Virus record (IMG/VR): IMGVR_UViG_3300036760_001400
DNA from: an uncultured virus (IMG/VR IMGVR_UViG_3300036760_001400)
Taxonomy: Duplodnaviria > Heunggongvirae > Uroviricota > Caudoviricetes
Length of the DNA: 23,886 nt
Direction: 5' to 3' (one strand)
In this document: in pieces, positions 1 to 9,214 of the stretch
How the letters are laid out: each line of letters begins with the position of its first letter
Position numbering within the stretch: position 1 is the first letter of the stretch
Notes under the pieces: model-generated
Told to the model about the DNA's origin: nothing
Database searches by the model: none
The model's input: the letters and a program-made list of their open reading frames with translations, nothing else
Made by a program: the position numbers and the translations under genes

Positions 1-1738
1 CAGCATTCATGAGCACGGCGGACGGGATATTGGCAATCAAGGCTTCCAAAGCAGGCTGATTGACATCGAGAAGAATGGGAAGGAAGAACTTAACCCCAAG
101 CTTACCATCGATGTTTCCAAGCATGGCATACTTCACTTCGGGAAAACGCGTCAAGAAGTTCGAGATCATTGCAGCTGCTCCTTCCACTTTCTGTCCCTTC
201 GGTGCAGGCGACATACCTGCAGCCGGCACCTCAACCTGGGGCCTAGAGGCCGCCTGAGGCGGCCGTGCCCCTCCCTGGCCTTTAAGGCTGGCCAGGATCG
301 CATTTAGATCAATTCCAGGAGGAAGACCGGGAATTTGGGGCATTCCGCCCATCCCGCCCCCCATCTGCCCCATCATCTGAGGGACTCCACCCATGAAGGG
401 AGCCATCATAGGGCCGGCGATAGCTCCAAGACCCTTCATGATCGATTCGAGACCGGAGGGCTTCTCATCGGGTTCCTGGCCATCCTTCATCCGTTCGGTG
501 ATCGAGATGATGGCATCAGCAGCCTGCTGGGCCGTCTTCATCGAGTTAAGGCCCGATGAGGACATGATTCCAAAGACATCCTTCATCATCTCGAAATTAG
601 AGTCCTTACCGTTCTTCATGAGTTCGAAGAACTTGAGCTGCATCTGCTGTTGATCGGAGATGGAGCTCTGGGAACCTTCCTTGGCGTTCTTGAGTTCCTG
701 CTTCCGGAGCTCCATTTCAGCCTTAAAGCGCTCATCGCGTTCCTTGAGCTCGGCCATGAACCGTTCCCGATCGAGCCTAGCCTGCTCATCAGTCCTACGG
801 CGCTCTTCCCGACGCTCGTCCTCCTGCTTCTGCTTCTCAGCCCTGGCTTCCTCGCGTCGGGTGACTTCCTGAGTCTCCCTGGCCCTATCCCGCTCTTCCT
901 GGGCCTTTACCTGCATGGCAAACATGGTCTGAAGGGTAGACTCCTTTTCCTTCTGGGAGTCCTTTTCGACAAGGTGTTTAAGGAGCTCCCTGACCTCGCT
1001 ATCGGGTTTAGCGACCGCGGTCTGAGCCTGCTGCTGGCTTCGGACCAGGTCCTTGATCATGTCCTTGAGGTCCGAGATCTCAGAATTACCGGCTTTTTGG
1101 AGTGCCTGAGACGCTTGAGCCTCGATCTTGGCTTCCAGCTTGGCAACGGTTGCCTTCAGGTCAGCCGAGCTATCCTTACCTTTATCCTCAAACATGCTCT
1201 TATAGAGCAGAAGGTTATCCAACCCTCCCATCGAAGAAGTAGGAGCTTCCCTCACATCATCCTCCTCATCATCACCAGCCATCTGCTTCAGGAGCTTAGC
1301 CTGAGCCTTCATGGCCTGAATTTCCATTGAGTCCTTCTGACTCTTTTTCACCATGTTCATGACGTCTTTGAGGGGGTCGGTTGCAAGGCCACCGTTGACT
1401 TCCGCTGGAACGGGCACGGGGACCTCCTTTTCAGTGTATTCGATCTTGACCATGTCGACGCCCTTAAGCTCATGCTTTCGGTCGTCGCAGGGGATAGCGT
1501 AGTATCTAGAAGGGCCATGCTGCATGGCAAACTGATCTTTTATCCTACCCCTAAGACCCTCATAGCTCTCTTTTGCATCAAAAGAGATATGCCCAAGGAT
1601 GCTTTGAATCTCGCCTCCATGAGCGTGATCTTTGCCGATTTTTACCTTCCAGAAGCCTTGGCTCACCGCTTCTTCGGGCAAGCCCTCAAAAAACTCGGTG
1701 AATTTATCCATGCCGATGTGAGCTCGTCGTCCTGCCAT
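1..1738 (-). CDS. Large hypothetical protein (>579 aa, 3' end outside window); central charged coiled-coil followed by a Gly/Met/Pro-rich low-complexity segment
   Basis: Absent from the ORF track because it runs off the window. Manual translation from ATG (CAT at 1736-1738) stays open to position 1: MAGRRAHIGMDKFTEFFEGLPEE...EERDRARETQEVTRREEARAEKQKQEDERREERRR...GGVPQMMGQMGGGMGGMPQIPGLPPG...AVLMNA. Confidence 0.85.
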   Translation of the reverse strand, partial: MAGRRAHIGMDKFTEFFEGLPEEAVSQGFWKVKIGKDHAHGGEIQSILGHISFDAKESYEGLRGRIKDQFAMQHGPSRYYAIPCDDRKHELKGVDMVKIEYTEKEVPVPVPAEVNGGLATDPLKDVMNMVKKSQKDSMEIQAMKAQAKLLKQMAGDDEEDDVREAPTSSMGGLDNLLLYKSMFEDKGKDSSADLKATVAKLEAKIEAQASQALQKAGNSEISDLKDMIKDLVRSQQQAQTAVAKPDSEVRELLKHLVEKDSQKEKESTLQTMFAMQVKAQEERDRARETQEVTRREEARAEKQKQEDERREERRRTDEQARLDRERFMAELKERDERFKAEMELRKQELKNAKEGSQSSISDQQQMQLKFFELMKNGKDSNFEMMKDVFGIMSSSGLNSMKTAQQAADAIISITERMKDGQEPDEKPSGLESIMKGLGAIAGPMMAPFMGGVPQMMGQMGGGMGGMPQIPGLPPGIDLNAILASLKGQGGARPPQAASRPQVEVPAAGMSPAPKGQKVEGAAAMISNFLTRFPEVKYAMLGNIDGKLGVKFFLPILLDVNQPALEALIANIPSAVLMNA

Positions 1739-1746
1739 TGACTGAA

Positions 1747-1755
1747 TTTATAGCA
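1747..1755 (-). promoter_or_regulatory. Extended -10 promoter (TGcTATAAA), probably giving a leaderless or near-leaderless mRNA for the 1-1738 gene
   Basis: Minus strand reads TG-C-TATAAA-ttcagtca-ATG; no Shine-Dalgarno before the ATG. Confidence 0.4.
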
Positions 1756-2293
1756 GACGCGCTAGAAGATATCAAGACAATTTGACCACCCTCTACAATA
1801 ACGCCATCAGAGGGTTTGCAGGGTGTGTTCCGTAGGCCCGTTTCGTTATTCGGTTTGGGACGGTTAAGGAGGCTTAAATGCACTAAAAACTTCAGTAGTT
1901 CCTATCTATTGTAGTATAAAGGAGTTATGCGTATGAAGGTGTCCTAAGCATCTAGGAAGAGGGTATACAGATGGAGACGAGAGGGTCTTTAATGACCTGT
2001 AATTTAATGGAGACCTGGCTTGGTACCGGATATGAGGGGGTGAAAAAGCGCCTGTAGTAGGGAGGCTCTACGCTCGTCATGTCCTTTTTTATGCCCCCCT
2101 TGTCTAGGCTTATAGGGAGCCTAATTAAGTCGAAATTAATTAAGTCGCATAATTCCAGACATTATCCTGGACTAGGGGCCCCTATAGGTACCTTTATACC
2201 ACTTTTACTGCCTGTAGGTACTATGGGAAGACTTGCGGCTCGGTTTAGGCCATCTCCCAGCCTGTCAGATGCGTTCCGCATCAAGTCAGCCTT

Positions 2294-3155
2294 CCGGATC
2301 ATTTCCTTCATTTATTAATTGAAGGGAATTATCTGGCAGGCTATAACCCTGCTGGTCGACCTACTTGACTACCAAGGGTATCAAGTGCCCTGACTGTCGT
2401 GAGACAGACAGGAAGGCGAGCCGTACACCCTACAGCCGTGTAGGGAGCCTGTAGTACACGCGGGAGCGCGTAAACCATCCCCAGGGCCTTACGGACCTTT
2501 AACTGGTCCAGGCCTGACCCGGTGGTCGGCTTCGACGCTATACGAATGCTACGTATAGTGCAAACTGACTATGAACAAGCCTTGTAATAGGGCCCCGGGC
2601 AACAGGTTTGGAAGGAGCGAGGTAATACCTAAGGCCACGAGCGGCCAAGCTATCAGCTTGGCTCGCGATGAAAGCAACCGTGAGGATTCACGGGACGCAA
2701 GGGACCTGACAACGACGATTGTTGGGTGAGAGAATAATGGTTTACGCAACCGCCTGGTAAGAGACGAGCGGAATGGCTCAATTTCAAATATGAGCCAGCA
2801 CATGTAGATGTGCCATGCGCCTTCTAAGGAAGGCCGTTCTGCGTTAGACAAAAAGCGTTGAAGGAACAACCGACCGGTGTAGTTACCCGGCGGGGGTTCT
2901 GGAGCTGAATGTTGACTCTCTGGTAGTAAATTCCGGAGGCACTTCCCTACGGGTTGAGTTTTGCCTAGGGGAAGGTTGGGCAAGGCCATTTGTACCCCTT
3001 GTCTTTCGGAGGAGTAAACCGTGAGTGTACTCCTGCTTCGACGCTGAACTCTCTATAGCTTCTTGTGAGGCTATAGGGTTTTTCCAGCCGGTCTGCTTCT
3101 AGCTTTACGCGACGATCCATATCGGAGATTCCGCCTACGGCGGAATCTCCTATGG
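2294..3155 (+). ncRNA. Candidate large structured ncRNA (~860 nt), class unknown; strand and ends approximate
   Basis: No credible CDS and back-to-back hairpins: ctgtc-GTGA-gacag 2394-2407, ccctaca/tgtaggg 2428-2445, acgcg/cgcgt 2458-2471, gctatacg/cgtatagt 2537-2559, gccaagct/agcttggc 2644-2662, ccgtga/tcacgg 2678-2693, multibranch 2768-2842, ctatagc/gctatag 3054-3077, 12-bp ggagattccgcc/ggcggaatctcc 3124-3150. Confidence 0.55.
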
Positions 3156-3312
3156 GGAGCTTTGGTTAAGGTACCTGCCTATGAGGCATAGGGGCGGGGA
3201 TAGAAGATGAAGGCCAAACCACGGAGCCTACCGGGTGAAAACTCGAACGACTCGTGCATGGAACTACCCATGCACGACCGCTTGAGCTTTTACTCAAGAG
3301 AAAGGAGACAAC

Positions 3313-3405
3313 ATGAAACGGCTTTGGTGCAAGATTTGCAAGCAGATCACCGACTGGTGGGTCTGGGGCAAGTGGGAATGCACGAAGTGTGGTCACGGGC
3401 AGTAG
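3313..3405 (+). CDS. 30-aa zinc-ribbon microprotein
   Basis: Strong RBS (aaaggaga) then MKRLWCKICKQITDWWVWGKWECTKCGHGQ*, two CxxC pairs; below the ORF-track cutoff. Confidence 0.7.
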   Translation: MKRLWCKICKQITDWWVWGKWECTKCGHGQ

Positions 3406-3441
3406 TAGCGCGCCTGACGCTTTTCAGGTAAAGGAGGTTTC

Positions 3442-3681
3442 ATGCCTACGGTAACGCGAGCAGTCGTTCAGTTCGTCCGCCAGTGTGTCCGGTGTGGATT
3501 TGTCCTGGCCTTCAAGTCTCACGACTGGCAGAAGAGCCTTCGGGGCTTTTATGGCTCTTGGGGCAGCACGGGTTGGGTGGATCATATGGATCCGAGAGTC
3601 CAAGTTTCCGCATTCAACCCTGAAGACAGGGTGATCGAAGAGAGGTCGGTCTGCGACCGTATTTCGTGTAATCGGTCTTGA
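3442..3681 (+). CDS. Small Cys-containing hypothetical protein (possible Zn-binding)
   Basis: RBS aaggaggt; CVRC near the N-terminus and CDRISC at the C-terminus. Confidence 0.65.
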   Translation: MPTVTRAVVQFVRQCVRCGFVLAFKSHDWQKSLRGFYGSWGSTGWVDHMDPRVQVSAFNPEDRVIEERSVCDRISCNRS

Positions 3682-3688
3682 TGTTATG

Positions 3689-3727
3689 GGAGACCCGGAG
3701 GTCTAGGACCCTCCGGGTCTCCTTTCT
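3689..3727 (+). terminator. GC-rich hairpin / putative intrinsic terminator, loop TCTAGGAC
   Basis: 13-bp stem ggagacccggagg/cctccgggtctcc followed by tttct. Confidence 0.6.
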
Positions 3728-3768
3728 CGGAAAGCGCGCCCAACGCTTTTTGGGTATGGGAGGAATGT

Positions 3769-4134
3769 ATGAGCAAGCAAAAGCTGTTCGTTTGGTTCTC
3801 AGTAGTCGCATTGGCTGTCATCTACATCCTTGACCTTAACGTGTACCTTGGTCTAAAGAACTCAATCAAGCATCTTGAGGCCAAAGTAACCCAGCTTGAG
3901 GAGAAGGTACATGACATTGACAAGCACGTCATGGTACCTGTAATCAGCAACATCGGATTCTCCGGAATGAACTTTACCCTGACTGAGGGAGTTCCTGGAT
4001 CGGAGCGATTTGGACGTTGGACCACTGTGGAGCTTCGTAATGGAGTTCCTTACTTCCACATCTGCACTGCGCCCAATAAGCCTGTAGAGATCCATAAGAT
4101 TCTTCTTGATCCTATGGACGAGAACAAGCGGTAG
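3769..4134 (+). CDS. Hypothetical membrane-anchored protein with short coiled coil
   Basis: RBS ggagga; N-terminal hydrophobic helix LFVWFSVVALAVIYIL followed by heptads IKHLEAKVTQLEEKV. Confidence 0.75.
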   Translation: MSKQKLFVWFSVVALAVIYILDLNVYLGLKNSIKHLEAKVTQLEEKVHDIDKHVMVPVISNIGFSGMNFTLTEGVPGSERFGRWTTVELRNGVPYFHICTAPNKPVEIHKILLDPMDENKR

Positions 4135-4144
4135 TCATCTCATG

Positions 4145-4186
4145 GGAGGCAGGGAGGTCTAGGACCCTCCCTGCCTCCTCTTTCTA
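4145..4186 (+). terminator. GC-rich hairpin / putative terminator, same TCTAGGAC loop as 3689
   Basis: 13-bp stem ggaggcagggagg/cctccctgcctcc followed by tctttct. Confidence 0.6.
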
Positions 4187-4205
4187 ACTTTTATAGGAGA
4201 ACAAA

Positions 4206-6737
4206 ATGTTTTTCGTTTGGATCTGCGAGAAGTGCGGTGAAGAGAACCGGTCCAGCCAGAACCTGTGTAAGAACGCGGCCTGTCGATTCGTATTTCACCA
4301 GACAAGCGAACAGAAGGTCACCTGTGCCAAGTGCAAGCGTGAACCGGTTGGCGGAAGCCTCTACCGGAAAGGAAGAAATACGACCTTCCCTCTGAAGCGG
4401 TTGACCCGAGAGGGGCTGCTTCATCCGGACTTTGATGTATACGGGAAAGCTGGATTCAAGTTCTTGAATGCCCTTTGGCCTTACGTCAACACCTATCTCT
4501 GTCAAGAGTGTCATCCAGATACGCTTGGCCTCAAGGTGGATTCAAGCCTGAAGAGTTTTGAGGAAGCTGACCCGAGGGTCAAAGGCCGTGTTCTTGAGAA
4601 CGATATGGCCTACCGTAGGATTGCAAAGAAGGTCAAAGAGAATCTCGAAACCCTTCGGAGCGAGAACCCGGATCTGACTCAGGAAGAAGAGATCTTACTG
4701 GCCAAGAAGATGATCCGGAAGATGCGTGATGACGAGTTTATCACGGATGAAATCGACTGGAAGCTCAGGAGGATCGTAAGGGCAGGAGTAGTCTCCCGGA
4801 TCTCGTTCAGGAAGAACATCGATCACGAGCGCTTTGGAGAAAGCCTCTACAGGTTCTGGAGAATCGAGGAAGCTCGCCAGCGGAAAGACATGAGCTACCT
4901 TAGAAAGGTTCTCCGGCAGGAAGCCAAGCGTGCCAAAGAGATCGGTGAAGCGATCATCAACGATGCTCGCGGAGGTCCGGACCTCTTCTCGACTATCGAA
5001 GAGATTCGAGACCTTATGATACGGAAGTCGGACGAGATCGCCCTTAAGGAACACCGGATCAGGGAAGAGGAAGAGATTGGCGAAGGACTGTATGAAAGGG
5101 TTCAGGTCATCGGAGGAAGAATTGAAAGGCTGGCAAAAGCCTTCACAGACTCGAATGACGATAGCTTCCTATTGAGGCTTGGGCCGATTCTGACCCGCCT
5201 TAGAACGGGGCTCAGCCGTGCGGTAGAGGCGTCCCAACGGTTTCTGTCTCCAATCGAAGTGGAAGTTGAAAGGGAAGCCGTAATCAGGATGCAGCGGAAG
5301 TTCATGAGTCATTATGGACCTCTTCTTCACGCGGCTACTCATCTCATCACCTGGGATATCAAGGGGGACATGTGGGAAGGGCCACGTGGAGTACCTGATG
5401 AGGTCAAAAAGTCGTGGGGATACTTCGGAAGATTTGCCCCTATAGACCGGACAAAATATATTCCTCCGGCCTTCTATGTTCCCGGCCAGGATGAACCTGT
5501 CTATGGACTTATGCCGATCCGATGCGAGATCTGTGACAAGGTCACTCAGAAGATCGAGCTTCTCAAGTATCCAGATGGTCAAACCATCAGAGTCTTGGTC
5601 GTATGCAGGGAGTGTACTATTCCGCCTTCGGACGAAGCGAAGAAAGGTCTTCTAGAGAGGCAAAAGAGGCTTCGGACAGAATGGGAAGAGCACGTTAAGC
5701 TGAAACATGATGAGTCAGAAAGGAAGGAATCTCAGCATCGGTACAATCTTGATCAATTCCGAAACCTTCTGCTCGTATGCATGAAAATGTCTATGAGTGA
5801 CCTTCAAAGGATCGGCGTAAAATATGCCTCTCCGATCTTCAAGCTCGAGACCGGAAGAGAAACAAGGATCATCCTGAAAATCGTAGCCTGTCCAGTTTCT
5901 GGAGTTATTCTTCCAAAGCGGATTTTGAATGGGGGGTGTGAAACAGAGATCATAAGTGCTCCATCTTCTTCATGGAAGATGGCTTATCTTTACCACGCTA
6001 TCATGACAGACCTTTCCAAATGGAAGAATAAGGCAAAGAAGCTCGGATATAGACTAGAGCCTATGGGCTTACGGAATTTCTTTGGGTATGTCATGGATGA
6101 GCGAATGGTTGCGCGAATCCTTGGTATGGAGTTTCCGACCTTGCCGATGGGCTACTGGAAAGGAGTATATAAGCTATACGGCATGAAGGATGTTCACGTG
6201 AACTTCCGGTCCAATGTAGAAGACGGGAATATCTGGGACTTCGAGCCCATGCATCCCTATGGAAAGCCGCCCCAAACCGAGGTTGACCGTCAGAAGGCTA
6301 TCAAGAGCGAAATCAAGCGTCGTCAGACAGAAGACCGGAAACGCTGGGACCCCATGACGATCCGGAAGAAGGGCGGTCCATCGCCTAAATCGATGGGTAA
6401 GAAGACGGTCAAGACTCCTGGAGTTCTCTTGATTCAAGAAGCTCCGATGAACCTTCTCTCAAGTACGCTGGTGAAATGGAAGATGGAGAAGACGCCGGCA
6501 TATGTGGTCAAAGATCCGGCTACCAAGGATCTGTCCAAGTTCCTGATGGCTGCGGGCCCTTATCGCGGAGACAACTACACCCATAAGCCGCTCCCTATTT
6601 CTGAGGATAAGGAGTTCTATAGACAGAAGCTTTCCGAAGCCTTGAAGGACCGTGAGGGAGACATAGAGGCTAAGAAGGTGTCGGATAAGATCTGGAAGAG
6701 AAACGATCCCAAGACCTTCACGAAGGTAAAACTGTAG
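4206..6737 (+). CDS. 843-aa hypothetical protein with several Zn-finger motifs (N-terminal RanBP2/NZF-like) and helical regions
   Basis: RBS aggaga; WICEKCGEENRSSQNLCKNAAC, CAKC...CQEC, CEIC...CREC; no recognisable catalytic motif. Confidence 0.85.
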   Translation: MFFVWICEKCGEENRSSQNLCKNAACRFVFHQTSEQKVTCAKCKREPVGGSLYRKGRNTTFPLKRLTREGLLHPDFDVYGKAGFKFLNALWPYVNTYLCQECHPDTLGLKVDSSLKSFEEADPRVKGRVLENDMAYRRIAKKVKENLETLRSENPDLTQEEEILLAKKMIRKMRDDEFITDEIDWKLRRIVRAGVVSRISFRKNIDHERFGESLYRFWRIEEARQRKDMSYLRKVLRQEAKRAKEIGEAIINDARGGPDLFSTIEEIRDLMIRKSDEIALKEHRIREEEEIGEGLYERVQVIGGRIERLAKAFTDSNDDSFLLRLGPILTRLRTGLSRAVEASQRFLSPIEVEVEREAVIRMQRKFMSHYGPLLHAATHLITWDIKGDMWEGPRGVPDEVKKSWGYFGRFAPIDRTKYIPPAFYVPGQDEPVYGLMPIRCEICDKVTQKIELLKYPDGQTIRVLVVCRECTIPPSDEAKKGLLERQKRLRTEWEEHVKLKHDESERKESQHRYNLDQFRNLLLVCMKMSMSDLQRIGVKYASPIFKLETGRETRIILKIVACPVSGVILPKRILNGGCETEIISAPSSSWKMAYLYHAIMTDLSKWKNKAKKLGYRLEPMGLRNFFGYVMDERMVARILGMEFPTLPMGYWKGVYKLYGMKDVHVNFRSNVEDGNIWDFEPMHPYGKPPQTEVDRQKAIKSEIKRRQTEDRKRWDPMTIRKKGGPSPKSMGKKTVKTPGVLLIQEAPMNLLSSTLVKWKMEKTPAYVVKDPATKDLSKFLMAAGPYRGDNYTHKPLPISEDKEFYRQKLSEALKDREGDIEAKKVSDKIWKRNDPKTFTKVKL

Positions 6738-6883
6738 TAAGTTATCTTTCCGAGATAAACTGCCTAACTTCACTATAACTCGGCCCTCCCTCTATCCAGA
6801 CAGCCTGTTCTGAGGACATTCTCTATCCAGAGTGTCCTCAGGTGGGCTGTTCCCCACTAGCCTTCCTTTTGAAAGGAGAAAAG

Positions 6884-7105
6884 ATGAGGAAGGGTAAGTT
6901 CATCGGCATGGTGTTGGTCATGGCGGTCTGGGCCACGGGATCGTATGCCCTTGGCCGGTATCACGGGGTAACTCGTGGTGCCATGGAAGTTCCGGCAGTC
7001 CACATCCAGTGGAAGAAGTCGGAAGAAGTCAAGCAGGCGGAAGTGAAGGATGGTACGGTCGATTACGTTGCCATCTCGAACTCCGCGTGTGAGGTGAAGA
7101 AGTAG
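6884..7105 (+). CDS. Small secreted or membrane hypothetical protein
   Basis: RBS gaaaggag before ATG 6884; MRKGKFIGMVLVMAVWATGSYALG resembles a signal or TM segment. Confidence 0.7.
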   Translation: MRKGKFIGMVLVMAVWATGSYALGRYHGVTRGAMEVPAVHIQWKKSEEVKQAEVKDGTVDYVAISNSACEVKK

Positions 7106-7138
7106 TCCTGCGTGTGACCGGGTAGGTAGTACTACTGG

Positions 7139-7171
7139 GGGAGGGGGAGGCGTAGCCTCCCCCTCCCTTTT
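7139..7171 (+). terminator. Intrinsic terminator
   Basis: gggagggggagg/cctccccctccc stem followed by tttt. Confidence 0.65.
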
Positions 7172-7193
7172 CTTAAAGAGAGAGGATACTAAC

Positions 7194-7475
7194 ATGCCGC
7201 TCGTTTATTCGTTCAAAGCCGCGTCTGAGTTTCCTGACGAGACCAACATTTGCATCTGTTTTGCCAGGAACTCGGCAATCAAGATCCGCACGGGAAGCGG
7301 AGATTTCAGGGTCTTTATCAGAAGGCTGGAGCTTCATCCGGGAAACAATGAGTATTCGTTTATCGGGAAAGTCGGCACAACGGATGTCCAGGGAGTTTAC
7401 AACTCTCTGAGAAAAGATGGGGTCATCATCTTTGTGAAGGAATCCGTCCTTCATAGCTTTGACGCAACCGTATAG
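7194..7475 (+). CDS. Hypothetical protein (93 aa)
   Basis: ATG ORF with RBS gagagga, co-oriented with neighbours. Confidence 0.65.
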   Translation: MPLVYSFKAASEFPDETNICICFARNSAIKIRTGSGDFRVFIRRLELHPGNNEYSFIGKVGTTDVQGVYNSLRKDGVIIFVKESVLHSFDATV

Positions 7476-7590
7476 CGGGGAAACGGGAGAAAGTTTCAGG
7501 AGGCAGCTAGGGCCGTCCTGACATTTACCCCCTCCCTATAGGCTGGAGAGAGTGGGAAACACACCCTGCTCCAGCCTACTTACCAACAAT

Positions 7591-7620
7591 GCCGGGGGTG
7601 GGCCTTGGCCCACCCCCGGC
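7591..7620. repeat. Perfect 14-bp GC inverted repeat upstream of the glycosyltransferase pair
   Basis: gccgggggtgggcc-tt-ggcccacccccggc. Confidence 0.7.
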
Positions 7621-7639
7621 TCCCTGGTAGGATGGTTCT

Positions 7640-8620
7640 ATGAAAGTACTGTACGTCCTTGGAAATTATCCAAAGATTTCCGAGAGCTATATCTCAGCTG
7701 AGCTCAAGTTCATGAACGGCCGTGATATTGAACTTGGCGTCTGGTCTCAAAGGACTGGAAGTCCTGGAGTAATTCCCTTGATTCCTCCTACCCTTGGAAC
7801 TCTTGAAGAGGCGATCTCCTCTTTCAAACCGGACATCATTCATGTCCACTACATCTCAACTCATGACTCTTTTTTCAGCATCATCGAAAGGTCCGGGAAG
7901 CCTGTTACCGTGAGGGGTCATTCCTTCGACTTTTCTGTTGATCGGGTAAGAATCCTTTCCGCAAGAAAGTATATCCGGAAGATCTACCTCTTTCCTCATA
8001 TGGCCAGGATATGTCCTTTTGAGAAAGTCGTACCCCTTCCCGTAGCCTTCGATTCCTTGCTCCATCAACCTTCTTCCAGTAAAGATTGGAATATGGTCCT
8101 TCGTTCCGGGGCTGCAAAACACGGAAAAGGTCTCGAGAGTTTCTTCCATGTCGCCCAGCTTTGCCCGAACTTCAGATTTGTTCTAGTCGCTAATGTCATC
8201 TGGGGAGAAGAGTCCTACATGGACTTTCTTCGTGAGAAAACAATGCTCTCAAAAGGGAGGGTAACCTTCTTTGAAAATATGCCTAATGAAGAGTCAGCTA
8301 GCCTTACAAGGAAAGCGGGCATCTATCTGGATACCAGTGACATAGACGGGCATCCCTTTGGGATGCCCGTTTCTATCGCTGAAAGCATGGCTACAGGGGG
8401 CTATGTCCTTGCCTTGGATCGTATGGGAGCTAAAGAGTACATTGGAGACGCTGGAGCTATCTACAGGTCTTCAGCAGAGGCGGCCAGGATCATCAACTCC
8501 ATGACTCTTTCGACAAAATCGGACCATGAAAAAAGTATCGATCGATCTGTTCTTCAGTCATTTAAGTTCATGGATACCAATGTCTTACCTAAGGTGATCA
8601 ATGACTGGAAATCCATGTAA
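7640..8620 (+). CDS. Glycosyltransferase, GT-B fold (GT4-like)
   Basis: MKVLYVLGNYPKISESYI N-terminus, KPDIIHVH, TVRGH, KHGKG, PFGMPVSIAESMATG (E-x7-E-like signature). Confidence 0.85.
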   Translation: MKVLYVLGNYPKISESYISAELKFMNGRDIELGVWSQRTGSPGVIPLIPPTLGTLEEAISSFKPDIIHVHYISTHDSFFSIIERSGKPVTVRGHSFDFSVDRVRILSARKYIRKIYLFPHMARICPFEKVVPLPVAFDSLLHQPSSSKDWNMVLRSGAAKHGKGLESFFHVAQLCPNFRFVLVANVIWGEESYMDFLREKTMLSKGRVTFFENMPNEESASLTRKAGIYLDTSDIDGHPFGMPVSIAESMATGGYVLALDRMGAKEYIGDAGAIYRSSAEAARIINSMTLSTKSDHEKSIDRSVLQSFKFMDTNVLPKVINDWKSM

Positions 8621-9206
8621 TCCGAAGCTTTCTATCATCATCCCGACTGTCGGAAGAGAGAGTATCCGTGGAACTCTTGCCAGTATCTATGGGCAGCTTC
8701 AAAGGGGAGATGAGGTTATTGTCGTTGGAGATGGGCCTCAGCCTCTATCTGAAAAAGCAGCTAACTACCTTGGGTTAAAGTACTTAGAAACTGAGCCTAC
8801 GCGTGAATGGGGGCACGCTCAAAGGAACTTTGGGATGACGGCTGCGAAAGGCGATTACCTTGCTTTTATCGATGACGACGACTACTACCTTCCTCATGCC
8901 CTTGAATTCATGAGAACAGCTATCCTTGAGGATCCCGGAAAAGTCTTCCTCTTCAAGATCGAGGATGGTGTCCGAGCCATATGGGAGGACGAGAGGGTCC
9001 GTTTCTCAAACGTATCAACCCAGATGTTCGTTGTCCCCAACAACCCTAATAAGCTTGGAAAGTGGCAGAAGAACGTTTACGACCAACATGGAAAAGGAGG
9101 TGACTATCGGTTTATCTGTGACACGGTTGTATTGTACGCCCCGGGAGATCTCATTTACCGCCCAGAGATCATCGCTCGGGTTCCATTTCATTCGGGCGGA
9201 GTCTAG
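8601..9206 (+). CDS. Glycosyltransferase family 2 (GT-A fold)
   Basis: LSIIIPT, EVIVVGDG, AQRNFG...AKGDYLAFIDDDD (DxD motif), GGD. Confidence 0.9.
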   Translation: MTGNPCNPKLSIIIPTVGRESIRGTLASIYGQLQRGDEVIVVGDGPQPLSEKAANYLGLKYLETEPTREWGHAQRNFGMTAAKGDYLAFIDDDDYYLPHALEFMRTAILEDPGKVFLFKIEDGVRAIWEDERVRFSNVSTQMFVVPNNPNKLGKWQKNVYDQHGKGGDYRFICDTVVLYAPGDLIYRPEIIARVPFHSGGV

Positions 9207-9214
9207 GAGGTTTT

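Noticed and set aside
60..1741. Plus-strand ORFs in the track (e.g. 650-1330, 1472-1741)
   Set aside because: They are shadows of the long minus-strand gene at 1-1738; the Leu/Phe/Ser-rich composition is typical of antisense frames
2418..2457. GAGCCGTAC resembling the start of a group II domain V
   Set aside because: The 3' strand (GTACGGTTC-like) and domain VI are missing
2549..2989. 146-aa minus-strand ORF
   Set aside because: No RBS and no protein-like motifs; it lies in a hairpin-dense tract better explained as structured RNA
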